From: a virus
Reading direction: 5' to 3' (one strand)
Virus record (IMG/VR): IMGVR_UViG_3300045747_000744
Span: 1-5,457 of that record
DNA length: 5,457 bases
How positions within the stretch are numbered: position 1 is the first letter of the stretch; each line of letters begins with the position of its first letter. This document shows positions 1-4,975 of the stretch, one piece after another. The translations under genes were made by a program, and so were the position numbers. Under the pieces are notes generated by a model. The model was not told where the DNA came from, searched no databases, and saw nothing but the letters and a program-made list of their open reading frames with translations.

Positions 1-127
1 CGAAAAAATGGGACATCCTCCGGTCTGGCGTTGCGTGCGGTTGGGTGGGATTCGGTGCATCAAGTGATTCGCCGCGCCAAGCAGCCCAAGCAGAGACAGT
101 TCACTGCTGTCTTAGCGGTCTGGCCTG
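1..127 (+). repeat. Terminal overlap, copy 1 (identical to 5331-5457); signature of a circular sequence of unit length 5330 nt
   Basis: nt 1-127 match nt 5331-5457 base for base in direct orientation (compared by eye over the full length). The repeat lies inside an ORF that reads through the junction in frame. It is therefore most simply the overlap of a circular contig, not a biological terminal repeat. Confidence 0.97.
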
Positions 128-809
128 TACATTTGGTGATGCTGATTTTTTTGACGCTCTCTCTCGCTTGCTCCCTTTTTGGCACGCTCGTATTACTCGC
201 GTCGATTTAGCCTTGGATTTTTTTGATGGTCTCCCGGGCAGCTTTGAGCGCGTTCAGCGTGATTACGTTTCCGGTGCGTGTGATGTTCGCGGCAAGACGC
301 CTGGCAGCTCGCTCGTCGGTGACTTCATGGGCGGTGTGTCTCGGTCTTTTTATCTCGGCTCGAAGGGTGCAGGTAAGCAAACTAACATCTACGATAAAGG
401 TCACGCATACGGTGATTTGTCTTCTGAGTGGCAGCGCGTTGAGCTGCGTTACGGCGACTCCCTCCGTGTCATCCCGTATGATGTTCTTGTCTCGCCCGAC
501 GCCTATTTTGCCGGTGCCTCGCCCTGGCATGCGGACCTTCACGCTGAAGCTCTCGCCCTGGCCGACTTGCCGGATGACCCGCCGACCCCGTCTAAGCCTG
601 AGTTTAAAGACCGCGTTTTGCCGGTTGCTACTGTCAAAGCTGAAGCGGTCCGTCTTCTGAATTGGTTTTCGACGACTTGCGCACCGTCTCTTAGTGTGCT
701 TTTTAAGCATCTTTCTGCTGATGCTTTCCTGCGTCTTCTCACTGATAAGCTGCCTGCCCGCTTGCAGGCTTTTACAACCTTGGAGCTGCAACATGCCTTT
801 GCACCTTAA
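1..809 (+). CDS. Replication initiation protein, Rep_trans / RstA (phage gII-analogue) type, C-terminal part; full gene = join(4976..5330,1..809), 387 aa
   Basis: Frame 3 is open from the left window edge (nt 1-2 complete the GCG codon that begins at 5330) to TAA at 807-809. The ORF track shows only a GTG-started fragment (45..809). Motifs recognised: RVDLALD (198-218), SFYLGSKGAGKQTNIYDKG (Tyr codons at 351-353 and 390-392) and WQRVELRY (429-452). This is the pattern I associate with rolling-circle initiators of the Rep_trans family (CTXphi RstA, pT181 RepC relatives). Codons end mainly in pyrimidines, as in the other genes. Confidence 0.9.
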   Translation, partial: KKWDILRSGVACGWVGFGASSDSPRQAAQAETVHCCLSGLACTFGDADFFDALSRLLPFWHARITRVDLALDFFDGLPGSFERVQRDYVSGACDVRGKTPGSSLVGDFMGGVSRSFYLGSKGAGKQTNIYDKGHAYGDLSSEWQRVELRYGDSLRVIPYDVLVSPDAYFAGASPWHADLHAEALALADLPDDPPTPSKPEFKDRVLPVATVKAEAVRLLNWFSTTCAPSLSVLFKHLSADAFLRLLTDKLPARLQAFTTLELQHAFAP

Positions 810-1104
810 TCCACTTCTTGTCTCTGATCGATTGACCCCTCTCTCGTTTCTCTGGGCCCCCCAGCCTCCCTGTGGCTCTTACGTCCTTTCTAGGCCTCTC
901 GCTATGTCCGGGCCTGGGCGTCTTCGCTTAGGCGTCCTGTCCGCTCAATCGGTTGTTGTTCGCGAATTTGATGCCATGGCTTCATCTTGTTTGATGCGCT
1001 GCATCTGTGCGTCCGGCTATCGTCTGCGCCCTGTGTCACAATCTGATCTCGTACATTTTTCAACTTCCCTCCACTGGACCACTGATCATGAACCTGCAAA
1101 CTAA
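793..1104 (+). CDS. Hypothetical protein, 103 aa, no recognisable family
   Basis: ATG at 793 is preceded by GGAG (782-785, 7-nt spacer). This is the only frame open across 810-1087. The rep frame stops at 825-827, and the third frame has stops at 833, 929 and 992. Codons mostly end in T or C, like the confident genes. Product: MPLHLNPLLVSDRLTPLSFLWAPQPPCGSY...CLMRCICASGY...HEPAN, with no lysine and 4 Cys. Alternative starts are ATG 694, 721 and 904. It overlaps rep by 17 nt and the next gene by 17 nt. Confidence 0.45.
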   Translation: MPLHLNPLLVSDRLTPLSFLWAPQPPCGSYVLSRPLAMSGPGRLRLGVLSAQSVVVREFDAMASSCLMRCICASGYRLRPVSQSDLVHFSTSLHWTTDHEPAN

Positions 1105-1393
1105 GTGCCTTCTTCTCGGCGTTTCCGGTAGCTCCGGCACTTTCTCCCCTCCGGACGGTGGCAAGTCTGTCGATTTTGACTCTTGCTCCTATCACTTGAC
1201 CGTTGATCTGCCTGCACGCATTCGCTCGTACGGCTGCACAGCTCGGGCGATGAAGCTTGGCAAGGCTTCTGAAGCTGATGCCTGGCAGTTCGATAAGTTC
1301 CCGCTCGCTGTACTCGCTACTTTTGCGATTACGTCCGGCCCAGACGGCAAGGCGGCAGTTTCTCTTGTCGCTATCGAGCGTCTGAAAGTCTGA
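1088..1393 (+). CDS. Candidate ssDNA-binding protein (gene V-like), 101 aa
   Basis: Size and position (after rep, before coat) fit inovirus gV. By eye the product resembles f1 gVp. GGKSVDFDSCSYHLTVDL compares with GKPYSLNEQLCYVDL, and the C-terminal SLVAIERLKV compares with SLMIDRLRLVPAK. The start is uncertain: ATG 1088 has only a weak SD, and the track ORF starts at GTG 1007. Stop is TGA at 1391-1393. Confidence 0.6.
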   Translation: MNLQTKCLLLGVSGSSGTFSPPDGGKSVDFDSCSYHLTVDLPARIRSYGCTARAMKLGKASEADAWQFDKFPLAVLATFAITSGPDGKAAVSLVAIERLKV

Positions 1394-1394
1394 T

Positions 1395-1787
1395 ATGTCT
1401 ACCGGGTACGTCATCGCAGGCCAGTGTCTGGCGTTCACTTCTTCGCAAGCTGCGGCCTATCACTGCCAAGCCGACTACCCGGTTCAGGCTGTCACTAGTG
1501 CCGGCTCTGTCGTAGCTTGGTCTTGTAACGGCGTGGGCTCATCGTTCGCTGCTAGCTACACGCTCAACTTGTACAAAGCCGTTGATAACACGACTCCTGC
1601 GGGACCTTATTCGACTTCGCGGCAGTCTCCGACTTGCGTGATTGAGGACTGGCCTAATTCTTTTGGCTCTATGACGATCAATGACAGTCTCTTAATCGGG
1701 CCTGCTGTTGTCGCCGTTTGGCTCGTCGCCCTGGCTGCACGATCTGTTCGTGCTACACTTTCCTCAGACGTTAATAATGACGTCTAA
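1395..1787 (+). CDS. Hypothetical C-terminally membrane-anchored protein, 130 aa; candidate minor virion or assembly protein
   Basis: ATG at 1395 lies one nt after the upstream TGA (TGAtATG), suggesting translational coupling. The N-terminal region of about 98 aa has 4 Cys (residues 11, 24, 44, 81). A hydrophobic segment LLIGPAVVAVWLVALAA (about nt 1689-1739) is followed by RSVR. There is no classical N-terminal signal peptide. It sits immediately upstream of the major coat gene, where Ff phages carry gVII and gIX. Confidence 0.7.
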   Translation: MSTGYVIAGQCLAFTSSQAAAYHCQADYPVQAVTSAGSVVAWSCNGVGSSFAASYTLNLYKAVDNTTPAGPYSTSRQSPTCVIEDWPNSFGSMTINDSLLIGPAVVAVWLVALAARSVRATLSSDVNNDV

Positions 1788-1812
1788 CTTTAACTCTCTC
1801 TAAGGCTCTATC

Positions 1813-2004
1813 ATGACCATTCGCTTCACTCCCGCCCGTTTCGCCGCCGCCGTTGTCCTGGGCGCTGGTACTGTCGCGGCCAATGCCGCTGTTGACATCA
1901 CTGCTGTGACCGGTGCCGCAACTGACGTCGCCGCCGTCGGTGCCGCTGTCTTTGCGCTGTACGTCGGTATCAAGCTTTTCAAGTGGATTCGTCGGGCCCT
2001 GTGA
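1813..2004 (+). CDS. Major coat protein precursor (pVIII-like), 63 aa
   Basis: AAGG (1802-1805) lies 7 nt before the ATG. The predicted signal peptide is MTIRFTPARFAAAVVLGAGTVAANA, with an A-x-A cleavage site. The mature 38-aa peptide is AVDITAVTGAATDVAAVGAAVFALYVGIKLFKWIRRAL. It has an acidic N-terminus (2 Asp), a hydrophobic core and a basic C-terminus (K, K, R, R), the canonical inovirus coat layout. A strong terminator follows the gene. Confidence 0.85.
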   Translation: MTIRFTPARFAAAVVLGAGTVAANAAVDITAVTGAATDVAAVGAAVFALYVGIKLFKWIRRAL

Positions 2005-2060
2005 TGGGCTTTTACATCCTGCTCGCTCTGCTAGGTTCTACCTGGCTACTGCTCCGGTAG
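2004..2060 (+). CDS. Possible 18-codon hydrophobic micro-ORF (MGFYILLALLGSTWLLLR) coupled to the coat gene
   Basis: Its ATG at 2004-2006 overlaps the coat TGA at 2002-2004 (TGATG). It ends at TAG 2058-2060, 10 nt before the terminator stem, so it would lie on the abundant coat transcript. Too short to support statistically. Confidence 0.25.
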   Translation: MGFYILLALLGSTWLLLR

Positions 2061-2070
2061 GTCGATTAAC

Positions 2071-2097
2071 AAGGGGGCTTCGGCCCCCTTACTTTTT
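2071..2097 (+). terminator. Rho-independent terminator downstream of the major coat gene
   Basis: Perfect 8-bp GC-rich stem AAGGGGGC (2071-2078) / GCCCCCTT (2083-2090) with a TTCG loop (2079-2082). It is followed by ACTTTTT (T5 at 2093-2097). Confidence 0.8.
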
Positions 2098-2108
2098 AGG
2101 GGTGTCTC

Positions 2109-3410
2109 GTGAAGCGGCTCATTCTTTTCCTTTGCTCTTTCTTTTCTCTCTCCGCTCATGCTCTGATTACGATTTACCCGGATCTTTCTGGTACGTCTTA
2201 TTTTTCTGATGCTGGCACTGCTTGTGCTAATCATTTTCCATCTTCATCTACGGGCGGTTCTGGTCAATCGACTCAGACTATCTCGGCCGGTTATGTTGGC
2301 ATTCAAATATCGTCTACTTCTTACTATTGTTATCAGGACGTTCAGTCTTGTTATGTGGGCGCTTGTAATACTCAGAGACAGACGGTCGGCTCTGTTTCCG
2401 GTCAGATTGCTTGCGATACAACGCCAACCTATCCGGACGCCTCGGGTGTCTGCCCTACCGTCCTACCACCTTGTGCTTCTAAGTCCGGTCAGGTCCCGGC
2501 TGGTGGTGTCCCTTCTGTTGTCGTCCTCGATTACGGGACAGCTGTTCCGAATATTGCTCACCCGCCGCAAGAAATGTGCATCGACGGTTGTGCTGTCTCA
2601 CTGCAAAATTCGGCTATTGATATGACCGGATCAACACCGCCTAATAACTTCGCTTGGGTATCTAATACTGGCGGCAGTTTCAGCGGCTCGGCTTGTTCTG
2701 GCTCTGTCGGGTCTGGTCCGCCAGTCACCCAGTGCGCGAAGGGTCAGTGCCCGATCAGTATTGGTGCATCTGTTCAGTGCGCGCCTTGTGCGGCTACGTC
2801 TACCACCTCCACTACCACGACAACCGCTCCCGTCACCAGCGGCGGTGCTGGGTCTGTATCCACGTCCACAACTTCGACTACGTCTTGCTCCGGCGCTTCT
2901 TGTCAGACGTCCACGACTACTAGCGTCGCACCGTCTGATCCCGCTGCATCCGGCACTTCGACGACTTCGACGGTTCAATCTGACCTTCGCACTTTTTGCG
3001 CTTCAAACTCGACTAGCCCTCTCTGCTCTTCTGTGTCCGGATCTTTCGGCGGCGATTGTTCCGCCGGTTTTTCGTGTAGCGGTGACGCTGTTCAGTGCGC
3101 TATAGCTCGACAGTCGCATCTTTTGGCCTGTCAAGTTTCGGTTTCTCCTACTGACTCTGCTGTCGTTGCGGGCCAAGCAGCTATGTCGGCCTCTGGCGTA
3201 GAAGGTTGGACCTCGACTGTCGCTCTGCCCGACCCCTCTGCTGCGGTAGATCTTCTGCCTGGCGGTTCTTGTCCTTCGGATTACGTGTTTAGTTATGCGG
3301 GGTCGTCTCTCACGCTCCCTTTTTCTCGTCTGTGTGACTCCATGGTGATGCTCGGTAATATTCTCGTCGCCCTGGTTGCCTTGGCTTGCCTGCGAATCAC
3401 GTTCGTTTAA
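2109..3410 (+). CDS. pIII-like adsorption / minor coat protein precursor, 433 aa
   Basis: GTG at 2109 follows AGGGG (2098-2102) with a 6-nt spacer. The signal peptide is MKRLILFLCSFFSLSAHA, with an A-x-A site. It has Cys-rich N-terminal domains (about 26 Cys in total by hand count). A Ser/Thr-rich linker lies at about 2796-2975. The C-terminal domain ends in a hydrophobic anchor, MVMLGNILVALVALACLRITFV. It is the largest ORF and sits between the coat gene and the pVI-like gene, as gIII does in inoviruses. Confidence 0.85.
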   Translation: MKRLILFLCSFFSLSAHALITIYPDLSGTSYFSDAGTACANHFPSSSTGGSGQSTQTISAGYVGIQISSTSYYCYQDVQSCYVGACNTQRQTVGSVSGQIACDTTPTYPDASGVCPTVLPPCASKSGQVPAGGVPSVVVLDYGTAVPNIAHPPQEMCIDGCAVSLQNSAIDMTGSTPPNNFAWVSNTGGSFSGSACSGSVGSGPPVTQCAKGQCPISIGASVQCAPCAATSTTSTTTTTAPVTSGGAGSVSTSTTSTTSCSGASCQTSTTTSVAPSDPAASGTSTTSTVQSDLRTFCASNSTSPLCSSVSGSFGGDCSAGFSCSGDAVQCAIARQSHLLACQVSVSPTDSAVVAGQAAMSASGVEGWTSTVALPDPSAAVDLLPGGSCPSDYVFSYAGSSLTLPFSRLCDSMVMLGNILVALVALACLRITFV

Positions 3411-3425
3411 CTTTGGAGCCTCGCT

Positions 3426-3725
3426 ATGCCTCTCTTCTTCGCTGCTTTGATCGGCGCTCTCGTCTCCGCCGCTGGTTCGATCGCGGGCCGTGCCCTGGTT
3501 TCCCTCGGTTTTGGCGCTGTCGTCTATACCGGTGTTAACGCCTCGATTACTTGGGCCCGTGATTACGCTGTCGCCCACGTCCTCGCCGCCGGTTCTTCTG
3601 TCGTTCAGATTGCAGGTGTCTTGCATGTCGGCGTCTGTATCTCGATGCTCGTTGGCGCGATAACCTCCCGCTTGCTTATTAACGGTCTTACTAATGGTGC
3701 CCTGAAGAAATTCGGGATGAAATAA
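3426..3725 (+). CDS. pVI / Ace-like small integral membrane protein (DUF2523-like), 99 aa
   Basis: GGAG (3415-3418) lies 7 nt before the ATG. The product is very hydrophobic (LFFAALIGALVSAAGSIAG..., VVQIAGVLHVGVCISMLVGAI) with a basic tail KKFGMK. Its stop TAA (3723-3725) overlaps the zot ATG (TAATG). Its position between the pIII-like gene and zot matches gVI of Ff and ace of CTXphi. Confidence 0.8.
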   Translation: MPLFFAALIGALVSAAGSIAGRALVSLGFGAVVYTGVNASITWARDYAVAHVLAAGSSVVQIAGVLHVGVCISMLVGAITSRLLINGLTNGALKKFGMK

Positions 3726-4777
3726 TGATTGAGCTGATTACTGGTCTTCCCGGTCACGGAAAAACTCTGTACACACTTTACAAAGTAAAGGGTGTTGGTG
3801 AAACCTCTGCCCGCACGGTCTATCACAACGAGATACCCGGTTTAAGTATCCCAGGCTGGATTTCTTGGCCAGCAGATAAGTGGGAAGAACTCCCGCCAAA
3901 CTCGATTTATGTGATTGATGAGTCGCAGTTTGCCTTCCCTGTTCGCGGTCGGGGTGAGCCTCCCCCGCATGTCTCCGCCCTGGCTACGCATCGGCACAAG
4001 GGGATAGATATCTATCTCGTGACACAGAATCCCATGCTGATAGATTCTTTCGTCCGTCGATTGATCGATCATCATTTTCATATCGTCCGAAAGTTCGGTA
4101 CGCGATTTGCCACGATTCACGAATACGTCAACGGCTGCCGGGATTCTGTTGCTGCGTCCCGAGGTGATTCGATCAAGCACGAGTGGCGTTATCCCTCCGA
4201 GGTTTTTGGCTGGTATAAGTCGGCTGAGGTCCACACTGTCAAGCGTCGTCTGCCTTTTCGCCTTTTCCTCTTGCTCGGTGTGATCGCCCTGTTACCTGCT
4301 TTGGCCTGGTTTATCTATGCCCGCCTCCACCCGGATGCTGTCGCTGAACGCGTCTCGGGGGTCCATCCTGGTCAGGATGTTGCAGTGCACCACCTCCCTG
4401 GTAGCGGTACTTTAGCGAAGACTGATATTCAAGGGCAGTCTCTCAGCATGCCTGAGTGGCTTGCTCTTCACGTTCCGCGTGTGCCAGACCTTCCCCACAC
4501 CGCACCCATTTACGATGCGCTCACCGTTCCTACTGCGGCCCCTTACCCTGCCGCTTGTATCTCTGATGCTCGTCGGTGCTGGTGCTACACCGCTTCTGCT
4601 GTGCGTATCTCTGCTGTGTCAGATAAGACTTGCCGGGATCTTGTCGCCCATGGCCTCGACATCCCTCAAGAGCGACACTCGCCTAATAGCTCATTCAGTC
4701 AAGACAACCCACCCCCCCGCTCGCCTACAGTGTCTGTTCCCGAAAAATCCAGCCCCTTGCCCTTGAGCTTGATGTAA
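3725..4777 (+). CDS. zot: Zot / pI-family phage assembly ATPase, 350 aa
   Basis: Walker A motif GLPGHGKT at 3743-3766 and Walker B-like IYVIDESQ at 3905-3928. The motif HRHKGIDIYLVTQ is typical of the Zot family. A single TM segment FRLFLLLGVIALLPALAWFIYA lies at about nt 4256-4321. It is followed by a roughly 150-aa C-terminal domain with 4 Cys and a Pro-rich tail. Confidence 0.95.
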   Translation: MIELITGLPGHGKTLYTLYKVKGVGETSARTVYHNEIPGLSIPGWISWPADKWEELPPNSIYVIDESQFAFPVRGRGEPPPHVSALATHRHKGIDIYLVTQNPMLIDSFVRRLIDHHFHIVRKFGTRFATIHEYVNGCRDSVAASRGDSIKHEWRYPSEVFGWYKSAEVHTVKRRLPFRLFLLLGVIALLPALAWFIYARLHPDAVAERVSGVHPGQDVAVHHLPGSGTLAKTDIQGQSLSMPEWLALHVPRVPDLPHTAPIYDALTVPTAAPYPAACISDARRCWCYTASAVRISAVSDKTCRDLVAHGLDIPQERHSPNSSFSQDNPPPRSPTVSVPEKSSPLPLSLM

Positions 4778-4791
4778 ATCAAGTCCAAGGG
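4760..4791 (+). other. Imperfect hairpin enclosing the zot stop codon
   Basis: 4760-4765 (CCCTTG) pairs with 4786-4791 (CAAGGG). 4768-4773 (CTTGAT) pairs with 4778-4783 (ATCAAG). The two stems are separated by an A/C mismatch and a G-T pair. The loop GTAA (4774-4777) contains the TAA stop. Confidence 0.4.
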
Positions 4792-4822
4792 TTTCGGGGT
4801 CAGCCCCCGAAAGGGTATTTTT
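4792..4822 (+). terminator. Candidate rho-independent terminator after zot (end of the long operon)
   Basis: 8-bp stem TTTCGGGG (4792-4799) / CCCCGAAA (4805-4812) with loop TCAGC, followed by GGGTA and then TTTTT (4818-4822). The T-run is 5 nt from the stem, so this is less canonical than the coat terminator. Confidence 0.5.
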
Positions 4823-4870
4823 CGGCGCTCGGTCTATCGCAAGCTGAATCTGTGTTAGTGTTTGGGTGTT

Positions 4871-4919
4871 GCCTTGTCGCCCCCTTCGGCTCGCCGAACG
4901 GGCGACAAGGCCCCCCCCC
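4871..4919 (+). promoter_or_regulatory. Long intergenic hairpin plus C9 tract; candidate origin of replication or packaging-signal structure
   Basis: A perfect 12-bp stem pairs GCCTTGTCGCCC (4871-4882) with GGGCGACAAGGC (4900-4911). A small internal loop separates it from a 5-bp stem, TTCGG (4885-4889) with CCGAA (4894-4898), closed by the loop CTCG. It is followed directly by nine C residues (4911-4919, the first C belonging to the stem). It lies in the only sizeable non-coding region, 57 nt upstream of the rep start. Confidence 0.6.
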
Positions 4920-4975
4920 TGGTAATCACGGGGAGAACATTTGAAAATGATCCGTTGCTCGATTTGAGGTGCGCT

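Noticed and set aside
1-127. The 127-nt direct repeat as LTR-like ends, att sites or IS ends.
   Set aside because: The repeat is exact and ends precisely at the window boundaries. It sits inside a continuous rep reading frame and has no flanking non-phage DNA. Circular-contig overlap explains it fully.
45-809. GTG 45 as the start of an independent 254-aa gene, or of a gene X-like internal product of rep.
   Set aside because: The frame is open upstream to the window edge and continues from 4976 across the junction, so this is simply the C-terminal two-thirds of rep. I see no SD before GTG 45, so an internal-initiation product cannot be supported from sequence alone.
4003-4016. Perfect 14-bp palindrome GATAGATATCTATC inside zot, plus the 10-bp TGATCGATCA at 4062-4071, as possible operator or nick sites.
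   Set aside because: The expected number of perfect 14-bp palindromes in 5.3 kb of random sequence is about 0.3, so this is not surprising. It encodes the conserved GIDIYL stretch of the Zot motif, so coding constraint is sufficient explanation.
4712-4718. C7 homopolymer in the zot tail (NPPPR) as a phase-variation switch.
   Set aside because: It is simply Pro codons in a Pro-rich tail. A slip would change only about the last 20 residues. A single sequence gives no evidence of heterogeneity.
223-4766. Plus-strand alternative-frame ORFs: 223..660, 1913..2209, 2209..2625, 2693..2923, 2761..3105 and 4461..4766.
   Set aside because: They are fully embedded out of frame in rep, coat/terminator, the pIII-like gene or zot. 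Their Leu/Arg/Ser/Pro-rich products are typical of off-frame translation of T/C-rich DNA. ORF 1913..2209 would also have to read through the terminator hairpin.
4941-4969. TTGAAA (4941-4946) as a -35 element for a rep promoter, and TGgTAATCA (4920-4928) as an extended -10.
   Set aside because: No acceptable -10 hexamer lies 16-18 nt downstream of TTGAAA. The candidates are TTGAGG and TTTGAG, and transcription from there would start at or past the SD. TAATCA matches TATAAT at only two positions and has no -35 partner. Therefore no promoter is called.
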